A DNA stretch of 64,000 bases from Balanoglossus misakiensis (taxonomy: Eukaryota > Animalia > Hemichordata): positions 10,734,017 through 10,798,016 of the forward strand of contig CM082592.2 in assembly GCA_040954595.2 (NCBI GenBank), given 5' to 3'. This document shows, piece by piece, positions 26,116-40,800 of this stretch. Below the pieces are notes generated by a model that did no database searches, was not told the origin of the DNA, and worked only from the letters and a program-made list of their open reading frames with translations. Position 1 is the first letter of the stretch; each line of letters opens with the position of its first letter. Both the position numbers and the translations under genes were made by a program.

Positions 26116-27399
26116 GTTGAAGTTGTCGTCTCGAACCCGATCGGTCTTGCTTAAGTTGCTTCCCGTCTTCCCGGGCATTTGTGAAAGGAGAAAACAAGAA
26201 TGGCCAGTTAAGACCAGTGCACACAACTTCAGAACAACGTCAAATCCTTATCGTTCGGTTTGTTTGGACACACGTGTCAATGATATGGACCTTCACGCGG
26301 AAAGTTCCTTAATCGGGGTGCCAGTCTTGATTTCCAGAGTAACGGCTTCAAATTATATAAGTGAACAATAATACGCAATAATCCTTGGAAGTAACCTCTA
26401 TGGTCCCTTGTCTGCCACTGGTAGCGCCGATCGATAATTCTTTTCTTGTTTGCTTTCTGTTCCCAAGTCGAGCCGGAATATCAATATATCCCCACCCTTT
26501 ACAAAGATGCAAGCACACGCACGAACGGGTGTTATCTCTGTTGTCCGATGACCTGTCCAGTACAGTAGTACAACGTTACGTGTTCTGGTATTCCCCGGTA
26601 TCACAACACGATCGTAGGCGGTTCGTTAGTTGTGCTTTGTCCGCCACGCTCATTCAGACTCATAGCCCATCTATTTAGGGCCATAACATCCACCTACCGT
26701 AGAAAAACGGATCGTGAAACAGAGACTGGATCGGCGATTACGAATGCCTGGCGGAAACAGTAAAGACAGTCAGCAGACGGTATAGGTTGTCGATATCACC
26801 GTTTGAAATGAACACTTCTCTTCGACGAACGGGTGGTGTAACGATTTCATACGCAATGAAATGGACAACTTTACGTAAACCTCACCTCTCGACGGGCACA
26901 ACACAGGCGATCAGACCTTTCCACTATTTTCGATAGACCACTCCGTACGGTGATTGTCCCAAAAAACGTCAGATACAACGTTAAACACCAAGCTTCACTC
27001 TGAGTGGCACTCACCAAACTGGCCAAGGTTGCCAGTACACCGACGTTTTGAACTGTGTCCTGTTATTGGTCGTGCGATTCCTACCACTGATGACAAAGCT
27101 CTAGTTATTTCAACTTGCCCAAACGCGGCGCTGTACCACACTTTTGTGCCGTCACACTCACACTGCGGGCAGGCCTACTGTGCTGCAGCGCTGATAAAAT
27201 CTGGACTCTGTCCATTCGAAGATAAATCTGTCCAATGGTCGATGCCAAAGGAAAATCCCCGGCATTAAAGGTGTCTCTTAATCCGTCACTGCTTTGGCGC
27301 TATTGCGGTGATACAGAACTTGCAATATTCTTTCAGCGATTGTACATAAAAGCGACAGCTAGCTTCGCCGAACGATGCACTCCCGATGGCTGACTGTGG

Positions 27400-27520
27400 C
27401 TGACTGATAATTGGCTGGGAAATATGCACGCTTCAAGTCTCTCCTATTGGTTTATACGTTCCAACGTTCTCTCTCATTATGCTCCGCACGTCCGATCCTC
27501 CATAGGCGCGAAAACCGGGG
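27400..27520 (-). promoter_or_regulatory. Candidate promoter of the ABHD15-like gene (two CCAAT boxes plus an E2F-type site)
   Basis: Minus-strand AGCCAAT (core 27410-27414) and AACCAATAG (core 27446-27450) lie 36 bp apart, with TTTCGCGCC at 27505-27513 in a CpG-rich context ~1.3 kb upstream of the ATG. Motif evidence only. Confidence 0.35.
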
Positions 27521-30500
27521 CGCTGTTTTCAATGCTTGCGCTAATCGCTGAGAACAAGTTAACCATAAAGCATAAAGCTAAGCCGAGTGTGAATAACCGG
27601 CTCCACACAAAATATGTAACCAATGTCTGTACAGACCATCACAGGCACAAAGTTATTAATATCAAATGGGCTATGTCATAAAACGACCCTTCAACTTGCC
27701 AATTGACGAAACGACTATTTTCTATTTATGTCCCTTTATGTTGTGTGGCGGTGTTGTTATAATCGAACCGCATTTGCAACACGTACTTAGTTTCTGCTCA
27801 ATTTTGGCATGGTAACACATCCATGCGGACAATTCATTCAACTGCACGTTTTGGGTATTTGCAGTTTTGTTCCACTGCAGGTTCTCGTTCGAATCTTTGA
27901 ACAAAGATGGAATACCTATAGTAAACTGGTTTTGCACAGCCTGTATGGGTTCAGTCTACGTTGATAGCATAAACATTTGAATTCACGCTCCACTTGGAAT
28001 TAATTGTCAAAAATAACAACGGAAATTACTCATAATAAGGTCACCTTCACAAGCAGAATACTGGAAGCCAATCAGAGGGACCGACCACATTTGCATAGCA
28101 AAGGCCACTTAAGCATGTCTTTACGAAACAACCACTTTTGCAATATAAACAATATGTTCATATTTGGTGCATGTTTGGAATAAACCACAGGATTCTACTT
28201 TAAATACATTCACAGTCAAACAACAATGCCATGTTAGCTGTTTCCACTAACTTTATAAATTCAGGAACTGTGTATGTAATGTTACCACTCTGAGTTGTAA
28301 ATATTTAATGAGAACAGAAAAATATTCCTCCTTAAGTACCCCAGTTTCCACTTGTTAAAATATCGAGTAAACTTATAATGATATACAAATTGGCAACGTG
28401 CCAATTACTGGTTTCCTTTTCTAACATAATTGATAAATTTTTCAGTCTAAGCTCCACGGCCATGTCCCTAATTGACTAACTCAAACGGAAATGGTAATGC
28501 TATAATGGCAGCCACACCATTATTTTCCATTTGATTACCTTATTCATTTGACTATCGCACTGGGGACAATGGAGAATTCTCCAATCGAAAATTCTTCTCC
28601 GAAGTAAAAGTGACAAAACTGGTTGCCCAGGAAACGTTCGACCTGGTGTTACGCGTCAACATTTGAACTACAGGGTAATCGGTAGTTAAAGGTGATATCC
28701 TTCAACGGTGTTGTTACATCAATCTGAATGTTCAAAGGTTCAAAAGATCTCCTGTACATTTAGTCATTATTTTTGCGACGATGACGACGACGGCGATGAT
28801 GATGGTGATGATTCAGTACTATGGTTTGAGGAAAAGCCCTTCCAAAGCGGTGACGTCACGTGTCTGTCATGACATGGTTGTCAGAAAACCTCATCGATTA
28901 ATGCGAATCGACGAGTCGATATTGCGCACACACATCGTTTAGTTGCAAAGCCAATGCTCAGTTTTGTTTGATTTGACGGAGTCGTTAACGGGATATCAAT
29001 GTATAATCTACGCCATAACAAAGAGGCCAAACTCTCATTGCTGTAAACTTCCTCTCACAGCATATGCTTTCTTTCCCATCCAGGACCTGGCGGCTTTCAG
29101 AGTCAACTTGTACGGTATATAGACCAAATCATTCGAAATGGCATACTGTATACGTGACCAATTGCTAATGGCATAGATGTATTTTTGTCTTTGCATAACA
29201 GCAGTTGGTTGATAAATTTCCATTAATGGTTTAATTTGTCACGTGAGTGTCACGTGTCATGGCAAAGTATGACCTGTTAAGATTGGTAAGACTATAAACG
29301 ACGTACACGCACATGCAAGCAATATAGATGATCCAACAAATTAAACACCCACCTTTTCTCCAGAATCTGTCTTTCGTCGAATTTCATAGGGAAAGTAGAC
29401 CAGTTCCGGTGTAGGTAGCGAATTCCAAAATTGTAACCTATAAAAAATACGATATTTTATGAATTATTTCTACAAGTAGCTGATGAATTCAATGTTGCCA
29501 CATGGTATTAGAAGAGTTGGCACGTATTCATCGAATGAAGCCCAACATTAATACGTGACTCTGGCTTCATCTTGTGTCAGGCAGAGAAATAATCATGTCG
29601 ATATTATTTCAAGAGTTCAGATTGTCGTAGGCCATGAAGCAGAAAACTGCACGTCTTCTCTGTATAAGTGGGTACACTATGAATTTGACATGAATTGTTC
29701 TCATAAAAGTTATATATCAGGTTTGAAATATGTCAGGTGAATAGCATTTCAGCTTTCACCCTTCAAGCGCATTGGAGATATCGACGAAAACACTCAAGAA
29801 GTGAATGACGCTGGCGTATCCTGGTACAAATGATGTGTTTAAATACCGTGCGCCCACACAGCGATACTCGCGGAAATGATAAACAACATTTTAGAGATGA
29901 ACGGAAGACTTGGGAAATCGTGGTACAGGAAATATCAGTGACCATGGTGATTAGTTCGTTGTATTGTAAGACTTCATCCTGTGAATGTTCAACGTCAGTG
30001 ACCGGCACAACAAATTCCAAGCAACAAACCAAATCAGTGCTTTCTGTTCATGCAGTTATGAGGTTGAAAACTACTCCGAAACGAGCAAAAACACACAATT
30101 TTTTAATGGATATTTGCAAATATTTACTCGGGACTTATTAGAGTTTGAATATGATACCTGCTGCTAGGCTACACTTTCTAAGATAAGTTCATGTCAATGA
30201 AAGGCAAATACTTCTCACACCAAAAGCCAGATGACTGAAGTTAACAACATCCTCATCGTCCAACTGGCAAGCTGTGATAACTTTCAGAGATTAGAAACAG
30301 GGGTGTCAGGAGATTACTCGCGACTGACGTAATGTTATTAACAAAGAGGGAATTCGCAGGAAACTACCCCGAAAATGGGTATAAACGCATTACCACTGTC
30401 GCTGCCAATTTATCAAGTTGTTGTTTGGACTAATTTTATCAATGTTACTTAATGGAATTTAGACATTAAGAAGACTATGTCACTGTGTTCTACAAAGTAC

Positions 30501-32129
30501 TCAATGCACCCATGTAACAAGAAGGTTATGATGAACTTTCCGCCAACAATTTGAAAGAGATACCTTTGAAACTAGATCATTTTTACAGACTTCTAGACAG
30601 AAATTATATGAGTATTACTTCGATAATTCGGATGGAGAAAGGTTGGAGACATCCATATTTAATTATAGACTCAAAAAATAAGAAGTAGTCACAGTCCCTG
30701 ACTGAGCTACAACAGAAAGTTTGTATTTGCTTGTGTTCATATGATTACGTGTTTTTCTTCAGCCTTTGATGACTATTTATTCTACTCTAGTGTAATTTTG
30801 ATTTTATTGGAGTTGCATAGGCGACACGTGATTGATATGTTACAGTTACACTAAAAGAAATTAGATATTCAGTACGGTCAACGATTACGTTGATTTCGAA
30901 ATGATTTATCTCGTTATCGTTTGATTTCAATTTCTTCACTTTTATTTTATTTCACGTGACGTAAATCAGTTTGACCTCTGATCATGTGAGTAAGTCAGTG
31001 TCTTGTGGGTAAGTGCCAACTGACATGGCCTCTTATTCTGAAGAACTAATCATTTTCTTGCAGAATATCACGAATACATCTTTCTTCCCTCAAAAAATTA
31101 TCCTGATATAGGACCACGTATATCCGTTCTGAGAAAGCTGCCCTCACCTTCCCCAAACAATTATTCCATTTGCGTCAAAAATTCGTCGTCTCCATTATCT
31201 TATGATCACCAACATCATTCCGATCTTTTCGGGCAGATATATAAATTTACATTGCTTCTGCGTTGTCATAGAACTACAGAGGCAGTTATCCCCGAATATT
31301 TAAAACATCATTTTAAAATCTTGATTCGAATTTCACTGATCTTTATGGCACGAACATTATAGAAGACCACTTGGCAACGACAAACAAGTGGTCCAAAGCA
31401 TGACAACTTTAATCACTGTATAATGAATGTCTTTTGTAGAATTGAATGGCTTCTGGGAAACAAATTATATCCGTGTGTGGTGCAACTAATTAATTGCTGA
31501 AAATGATGGCAGGGGCACTTAAACCAATCATGGACAAAATCCACTGAGGTCTAAAGCAAGAAAAACTTAGCCTTTTAGCTATTTGGGGATCGATCCAGTG
31601 ATTGTGTGTAGGCAGTTAATGAGCAAATACCCCTGTAACCATATTAATGATAAGAACACCTTGATCTATTGAAAGAAGATCACCATCTTTGGTAAATTCC
31701 CCTTCCCTGTGGGTAGAGAGAAAATTACAGGCTGCCATGGCAACATCGGCTTATTAGCTACACTTGGCAAAAGGGTTTCATTAAATCATTAGTCTGTTGA
31801 CTCTGATGAAAGCTAGTTGATGAAGGATGCTCTTCTAGTTTCTTCTGACTGACAAATATCTGCACAGGCCTAAAGGTGTGATTGCATCGTTGTTGTTTGG
31901 CTGCTCTTTCTTGTACTGAAGCCCTCTGTGTTGGTTGAATCTCAACTTTGATTAAAGAGATTGCACTTTCTGAAGAATCGTGTGTATCAGAAACCATATT
32001 AAATCACATTAAAAAAAGTAATTTATTACGACCGTGGACATGATGCAACACAAGTGCACTGACAATCTAAAGGTTTGAAGATTTCAATCTGACGGGTTTA
32101 ATCCCTTGTTGCTGCTGTAACCTCTGACA

Positions 32130-32262
32130 GGCAGATAGACAGACACTAAGAGAGAGACAGTGAGAAACACAGACATGGGAGGGAGGGGAAGGAGACAGAC
32201 AGACAGACAAATCGCTGGTTACTTTCCCAACGTCCTACTTCCGTGGGAGGATACCCGATAAC
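32130..32262 (-). mobile_element. Possible 5' fragment of a HINE/DINE-like element
   Basis: (GACA)n-rich tract next to a stem-loop TCCTAC-TTCC-GTGGGA, the same microsatellite-plus-hairpin layout as 6623-6901. Confidence 0.3.
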
Positions 32263-32516
32263 TCACTTGATTACAAGAACGCGGTGAGGTTGAAATGATT
32301 GATTGGTTGCTGCTGATAACATACTCAGAACAGAAAGATTCTACTCCATCGGATAAACCACCCTAAATCTTGTTATTGTATGTTTTCCTCAAATCACCAG
32401 ACACGTATGCTAAAGCCGGCAAAATCCGTCCTAGTTTATCCAGTTCTTTATGCTTTCAAAAAAGACAGTGGGGAAAAAATCTGACGACTATTTCACCATT
32501 CCCATCATGCTCTGTT

Positions 32517-32644
32517 CTATACTATACTATAGTATATATATACTATAGTATACTATATAGTATAGTATAGTATAGTATAGTATAGTATAGTATAGTATAG
32601 TATAGTATAGTATAGTATAGTATAGTATAGTATAGTATAGTATA
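32517..32644. repeat. (TATAG)17 pentanucleotide microsatellite preceded by inverted (CTATA) units
   Basis: Pure TATAG run at 32556-32640, with CTATA units and a palindrome upstream. Confidence 0.95.
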
Positions 32645-33032
32645 TACAACTACTATTGTAAATGTTCACATGAAAAGTAAAGTTGTAAATAAATTGTAGT
32701 AAATACAAGTCGCTAGACCTCCCTATCAGACTATTTGTGGGTATTGTATATCTTGTGTCATTTGCAGGTTAACTGCAGTCAAGTGTTTGGATAGTCTACA
32801 TTGAATTGATCGATTGGTTTCTTACATTGCTATTAGACATACGTCATGACGTCAACGTCGGCCAAGACCTTCGCCATTGATGTTATCTGACATATTTTCT
32901 TAATACAGTAATCAAGGCAGAGCGATATGCTGATAATTGAAATTGTCGTCTTTATAAACAGCCTCGGGTCACATATTAGCAACCAAGGTCCCTCCGATTG
33001 TCATGTTATAGCCCAACTCATCGAGCCCATCA

Positions 33033-33172
33033 AGCTGCAATAATTGTAGGCCGTGGGCCATACGATGCATTCTCTTTGCTGGCCGTGGCTACTTCCGATT
33101 CGGCCTACGGAAGTAACAACGACAAGCAGAACAAATTCAGTGAACTACCTACAGGCTGCAATTATTGCAGCT
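33033..33172. mobile_element. Putative 140-bp MITE with 25-bp imperfect terminal inverted repeats
   Basis: Left end AGCTGCAATAATTGTAGGCCGTGGG versus reverse complement of the right end AGCTGCAATAATTGCAGCCTGTAGG (21/25, first 14 perfect). No TSD seen. Confidence 0.5.
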
Positions 33173-36100
33173 GGCCAAGCACGTGACTCATCGCTTCCTC
33201 CGCAAATTCAATTTCCAGTAGAGGCTGTTTCACTAAAAGTAAATCTTTGGCATTTGTCTGAACGTCGGTATGGAGAGTTTTTCATCGAAGCAAGAAACAT
33301 TATTAACTTGGTTTTGACAACTAGAACGAGTGGGTGTTAAAATTGATGTATCATCAGCGAGTGCAGGTGCACCTGTTAAGGATGATCAACGAAGCAGAAA
33401 CCTAATAGATCATAGATATAAATTAAATATAGCATCATAGAAATGTCACCTTGAAATACTGGAGAGTTATCGGGTGTATATCTTCCTAAGGCGATTTTGC
33501 AATGTTTGCCAAGAAATAAAATAAAAGCCTCCATCAATTCATCATAGAACTCTTAAAAATGTCGTTCCACCAAACACTATGATAGGCTTTTTAAAAGTCT
33601 TAAGTTCATCCAACTGAAGAAAGTCGATTGGACTATATCAGAGGACACGGGAATACACTGCTAATAACATCAACACTGATAAAATGAGTATACTCTCTTG
33701 GATGCTGATCTTTGCCAGAAAATATACACATCTGCCTTGTGGCACAGACGGGGATTGGCACAGAACTCACTTTACATGGATAAGGTTTCATTTACTTACT
33801 TATATCTCAGACAGCTATTGTCTGGAGTTATAAACACATTTAGGACTACTATTTCACACTGCTTACTCTGTCAAATCACCGACAAGATTTTCCCTGGGAA
33901 ATGGTCTTAATTTTGTTTAACTTTACAAAAATAAAATTAAAATATCGACCAGAAGAAGAATTTCAAGAAACCCGATTCCCATTTACTGAACTGGGACAAA
34001 GGAATCGATCCGATTTCAGTGCGGCTTGTGTTACAAAGTAATCGTCTGTGACGTCATAGATTTCGTCATCAATCGAAGAAGCTGGCGGCGACGAACAGAA
34101 CCTGGCCTATTTAAGTGGAGACAAGAATTATGGACAAAAAAGGAGAGAAAGAAGGGCCGCTTTGGTGATTGGAACACTGCAAGTCTGTCAGCTCTGTGCC
34201 CATTTAAGTGACTGAAAATGAAAGTGATCAATCCATGTCAGTACAAATGACAAAACACGTCAAATGTCACGGCTGTGTTTACTTTGAAACCGAATTGAAA
34301 GTCGCAAAGAGTGTGTCCCTCTGACGTTGGTTTGTTAAAGGAAAGTGCCTGCCGCTGTTCCTTCTAGGCCTGTTCCACTTAAGCTGCATAGATATCCATT
34401 AAGCGCTATCTCACCTCGAAAATGTGTCACATAAATTGACTTACATACAGCGGAGGAAACTCCACCATCGATTTCTGTTATCTAAACAGACATCCGTTCT
34501 TATCTTGTGACAGAAAACTGGCCCTTTAAGTTACAATCTCCCTTAGAAAGGAAATCTTTCATTGAACAAAGATAAAAAAAAGCATTTATCCACAAATAGG
34601 CCAAGTCGTATATTCTACAACACTGGTGTGCATTCATTAGCGCCATGTTCAGCGTGTCTTATCCCGATAAGTCAAATTTGATTAAGCTTTTGATTACATT
34701 AGTAATTACGTGACCTCGCAAAGTCGTGATGGACTAATCATCCGTGTAAAACCTTGTTATCTGTTTTGCCTCAGATGTATTCCAAGGTTTGTTGTAAAGT
34801 ATTTTCGTGTCACCGTAACCTTTTAGTGGACTTGGACGGTTTTCAAGGAAAACTGAAAATGATTGAAGCTAAATGTGGCCATTTGCGCTTCAAGGATAGC
34901 AATGAATAATTCAACTCATTCAAGGCCTTCCGAATTTGTATTATGACACATGGATGAAGTCTATAACTTTCCAACGTGTCATGTCATCGAACACTGTAGA
35001 CGTCGCGCACATCCATAATCCCTTTCAATTTTCACGCTGATTTTCACTGACATTTTTAAAGCCGTGCGAAAATCTTAGTCGTTCATTTTCATTAAAGTTC
35101 ACATATCCGCTGAAATGGTGTAACTTATGCTATTACGACACATACGGCACATGATGGCCTATCACTGACAAAATGTCCAGACCTCTTTCAGTGGAAACTT
35201 CCGGAAAGCATGCATTGTAGTTCGAGACGAAAGCTCATTTTCATACATACGAGCTCATTTCCGTTGTATTCAATGACTGCAATGCTAATTATATTTTACT
35301 TTATTCCCTGCTAATTTTCCCATTGTTCTTGTCCCAGTGTGTAAAATGCAACATGCTAACCTATTCACACGCCTTTCAATTGACAGTTGATTGTTAAACT
35401 CATCAAGCCCATCAAACAAGATATCTAGCAAGGAGGCCATATCTAATCCCATTCACAATAAGTCACTCTCCAACCACCAAGTGTGTTAATATACATCGCG
35501 CATTCCAAAAATACTGAAAATTGTAACTATGCATGTCCTGACCACAAAACCACAAACGATGATCATTTATTGATGCGTGAGAATGCAACAGTCGTGCGTG
35601 CCAGTTGTCAGCAGTAAAACATACGTGATATACGGTGTATTGTGACTGTCGTCGCAAACAGAGTTAAAAACCATGCATTTATTGTTGGCCTCTTCAAGTG
35701 ACTTCATAACATAACTGTAATAAACCATGCACTTGTCAATCATATCTTGAGCTAGTCACGTTTGTGAACCCGGTCCTATGCGCACGTTTTCCCCAGTACT
35801 GATATGTGACATCAGCATACATTTAATCTCAGCTGTATGACAATACGCGCGGGACATCTTCAGGCGTGGTTTTATGAGTTATTTTACAAGACATTTGGTG
35901 GCGATAAAGCGAACTTGCAAGATATTGCTGAGTTCATTGAACCCAAATACGCTCATAAATCCCAAACAAGATTAGCCGATAAAATGTTATATGTTCGGGC
36001 AGACGAAGCAACTAGATATAGTAATCGCTCCTTCCATCTTTCCATGGTTCATGCCTGCGAAATTGATAACAGCGATAACCTCGGGTGATTCACCTGCCCC

Positions 36101-37760
36101 GACGCTGCGTTGATGTGGGGCATTAATGTATATAGGTGGTAAATTCTACGTGTATAAAGATAGCATATCGGAGAAACAGATGTTACACCACTGGTAATAT
36201 GATACACTGATGCCAGAAGATGAAAATAATTCAGTATGTACCAGTATTGTAAATAGCTGTAGGACTATCCTGTTTTGCCCGCATCAGTAAAGCGACAACA
36301 AAAATCGCCGTTTTTGTCATCGCTTTTAGCCTGAGTGTTTATCAAACGCCTTCATCCACTGATACGCGAAGGTGCTGACTGGTCGCCATCGACTGTGCTT
36401 GTAATTCTGACTATCTATTCATTATCGACTGTAACTTTCTTGTTCTACTCTGTACACCAGGACAAAATGAATTTTTAACCATGCTAAAATATTATATCTG
36501 GATATCATGGGAAATATCAACCAGAAATCTTTTTTGTAATACAGGAGAACCAATTTTGACATGTTAGTCACATGACCAGTGCGTATGCAGGTGCATTTCC
36601 CACCTTACATGACGTAGGTGTCCAATTTCAACAATCAACAGATAGTAAGGGGGTTCAGGACTTACAATGATGCATTATCAACAGTGCCAGTGCGACCTAG
36701 CTGTTCCTAGCTAACACAATGCACCTGACATTTAAAACACAGCACCTCAGCGAAACAAATGTTAACCCTAAACAAAATCAGGGTGTTGTTGTGAAACGCA
36801 ACGAAAGTGAGGTCACACCGTCATTGTTAGTTCAGACAGCTGTGTGCTAGTGACGTCAGTTCCTACCCTGCGACAGCTTTTACAACCCTGGGACCGATTT
36901 ATACACATTTGTGTGTGTCGTGACTCGACTGTTGTGAGGAGTTTTATGTGCGAGTATTTATAGCAGAAATTCAAATAGGGCAAAATTAAGCTATTTTCTG
37001 AGCGACACATACAGATATTGGAATGGGGTTTATTTTGTCTTTCCCAAACACGTGTGTATTTCATTTAAGTATCACTATTGCGATTTCAAGCACGATCTAA
37101 ATGCTATGGAAAAAATGTTTATAAAAGTACACATGTACGTACAACGCTGCGCCTTTGCATGTTATCTTGCAATAATAGTTTCTCGCTACATGACGCCACT
37201 CTGGTGCGATACACAGACAGCATATACAGAGAATGCAACACGAAGTCACAAAACATGGTTCTTCTAAAGAATTGATCGAAGAAGTGATTTACAATGGATG
37301 GAAGGCAAATATCCCTCCATTACCTCCCTCCATGAAAAGAGCTATACCACTGCCTCGCCTTTGAAAATTTTTGACCATTTTAAAATGCTCTAATGTAAAT
37401 CATGAGCTGGTGTAATTTTACTACAGCTATACAGAAAGATGTACTGAGCTTCAATCGCCAATACAATAAAACTGACCATAACACAGCTTGACTATTTCAG
37501 CGTGTGTACTTCGTGTACAACCAGAATGTTGGAAAAATGCCAGAGAAAGCGGTTAATACAGACTGACCCTGTAGACTAATTCAGCATCGACTGGATAATA
37601 AACTCTATACTTTGTTTCGGGCTTAAACATGGCGTGTAGTAAATCACAAACGCTTTTATGACGTCCCTGGGGATAATCCACCCCAAAAGCGATTAAAATC
37701 ACAATTTGACAGTAATATGATTAGAAATATTCTTCTAACTTTGCGCTGCACGCGAAAAAG

Positions 37761-37825
37761 AATCAATCAGTCAATCAATCGATCGATCGATCAATCAATC
37801 AACGATCGATCAATCAATCAATCAA
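37761..37825. repeat. (AATC)n/(GATC)n compound microsatellite
   Basis: Directly visible. Confidence 0.9.
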
Positions 37826-40800
37826 CCCAGGCAAGCACATACGTATGTGATAGATGTTTGCTCAGATAATATTGAGTTTTATCAGAACGCTCCTTTTGTT
37901 TTGTATTCATTCTTGCATGAGTCCATGCACATGATGAGAGGACCGTGTTACAACAGAGGTGGGCGGCGTCAAACGTGTCGTCCTTGATTCGCATTGAAAG
38001 CTGACAACGTATAAGTGTCTATTCGTAATTGTAAATGCCACTATTAAAGATCAAATCGCCCATTTGCGTTTGAAATGCAATATTCAATTTCCGCTCAATT
38101 GATGATGGCCTTCAAACTATGTGCCTTTTGAAAGTGCATTCGTGGGTGAAATCCAAGCTAAATGTCTAATCTTTCTATCAGAAACGCAAGCAAACTAAAT
38201 TGCAGGGGTCAATTATTTGAAGCTATGAAGACGTTCATTTACAAATACCAATTCTTTGGACAGTAACTGCCAGTTCTCTAACACCTAGTTTACGCACTGG
38301 TTAACGTTGCTTAAATATTAAAGGGTAAGTGCCATGCCTATACCCACAACACAGTGTTATTGTCCACATCAAAATGAGATATGGCCGCGCTGGTTTACGT
38401 TATCGAATAGGAAAGCATTCCAGGAAATTACCAGACAGACTTCAGAAACCACAGGACGTCACCTTTATGAAAGATGACGTTTCTGGTGTCAAACATTAAT
38501 TTACCTAACATTTAACGTAGACTGGTTTCGAGCGTATTACTTGGCAGAAGATAAGCTTAGAAGTTCTAGGCACGGCTTGCGTTTAACCCTATATGCTGAC
38601 CAAGCATTCTGTCGTAAATTTCCCTGACTTGCGATGACGTCAATCGTTTTCAGCTCCGTCGGGATTTTCAGTCCAGACTGAAGCTTATGCATTTGATTCA
38701 ATAATTAATTGCGGTAATTTACAGTCCCATGTTCCCACGGTTTTCCTCTGCAATTACCGACGATATGTGCCCTATACTCCTCCAAGAATTATCGTACTCC
38801 TAGGTGGCTGAATAGGGCAACTGAAATCAATCATCGCGTAATTGATAATTGTATATGTCACCAACAACTTTAGTAAACTATGCCATGCAGAATATATATC
38901 TTGCCTGGATGAAAATGCCATTAGCGATAGTCTCTGGAATCATGAGTTGTGAGCAATTGAATAAAAGGTAACTCACATATTCATTAGTTCGCAAGGGTCA
39001 GTATATTTCCAGTATTTCATGCATGCATGTTTGAGAGCTCTTCAATTATGCGTTATCATAATGCGCATTCTACAATCCCAGGCGTATGCGAGTTCTGATG
39101 GACAAGAGAACTCAGGAGAGACCTACCAGCATAGATAATCTTTTTCAAATAAAGCCACGTGCGAACCAAAATAATCCACAAAATTCATTGCATTGTGTCC
39201 TTTCGCTGAATCAGTCCAATATTACTGCTATACCGTATGTTTTTTCAGAATTCACGATCTTTCCCATTTGTGTCGATCTTAAATATAGCAATAATAAACG
39301 TCATTCGTGACTATTTCTATAAACCACGTACGTCTTCAGAACTCTCTAAATGCAATTCCTGAAGGTACAAGTGAAACTTAATAGAATGCGACGTGACACT
39401 TACTAGATGTGTGTACTTAGGGCACGATTCATCTCATCCAGCTTTTCTAAACAACATTGAATTTTTCCATCCTGTGCAATTATGAATGTTGTGAATCTTT
39501 TTGATATTTCCCACACTGTCTGCAGGTTCGGCGAATCTTATGCAAATCAGTATGAGTAAAATCACATATTCCAAGCCACGACAAAGCGATGACGTCAATT
39601 GCAAGGTAACGTGTCTGATGCCCGGATATTCTTGCAATATTTGTTTAACAGATGTTTTTTCGTCACGACTTGTTATCAACAAGGGACATTGACTATGACA
39701 CTGGCTCCAGATTTAACACTGGGTGATAATTCACGCCAAATTGGTGTGGCCATGTTAACGAAATCGTGAGTTCAATGACGTCCAAAGTGCACATGAATTA
39801 GTTCCAAAGTTTACAATCGTTGAATGTGTGTCAACTGTCATTGTGTCTATTCTTTCTAGTTTCAGAATGTTTCTAACTGGTAAATAATGCTCAAAATCGT
39901 TTCCAGTATAGACCGTATTGGCATTTTGCAGCCATTTTGCTTCTCGCGGCCAGCATTGTTGTTGTTGTTTAAAATGACATTAACTTTTACAGTATGCAAA
40001 TGAATCAAAATCAGATGCTGGTATGTAATTGGTGCCAAACGCACGTGCCTATATGCCCTAAAACAGATGTAGAAAAGGGCATTCTGGCATAAAAAAACAA
40101 AAATCGTTCCTAAAATAGACACATTGTGTGCAAAGTTTTCATGAGCGATGGTGTGACGCAGACGTTATTTTTTAATTTCTCCTGCCTGCCTGCCTGACAT
40201 GAAATCATAAAGAAAAGCACACGAGTTGAGTTATCTGCGCAATAATGTAACTCAAATATTGTATTCCATATTTTCCAGGCTATTAAAATGGTTCACAGCC
40301 TCTTCATATTTTAATTAAAAACAACATGTGCCGTTGTCACTGAGGTTAACACCTACATATCCCTATCTAGGTTGAGGTTGTTCGTTTATATGCAAATATG
40401 TGAACTGCACATGACCCCTGCGAGACAGCTGTATAATTTATGTGACACAGAGCACGTGTGGATTGAAGAAATACGTGGGGACTATGGCATCGACGATGAC
40501 ATGGTAATTACTAGTATGTTACACCTAACCGCTGTATTCAAGTTCTGTGAGCATATACTTGATATACAAGTAACAAGGAAAAGAACATCTGATACGATGT
40601 GATGCGTGTATCAAGCCGCAACAAGGAGCGTCGTTATCAAATATGACAGAGATCAATGAGTTATGACGTCATAGCCGTTTTAGTATGCATGACTAGTAAT
40701 CTCCCTGAGGTGAGCTTTCTCAAAGTCGACGCATCCATCTCAATTCAATACTATTCTTACAAAATAGGGTCTTCTTTTGAGTCTTCCATTTTGCGAGGCG

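Noticed and set aside
26116-26226. ORF-track N-terminal extension of ABHD15 from TTG 26226
   Set aside because: A TTG start is a prokaryotic-table artefact in a eukaryote; the ATGs at 26178 and 26115 are the realistic starts.
36762-36772. TAACCCTAA as telomerase RNA template or telomere seed (also TTAGGGTTA near 9664 and 23735)
   Set aside because: These are isolated 9-mers expected by chance, with no tandem TTAGGG array and no pseudoknot or H/ACA context that I could identify.
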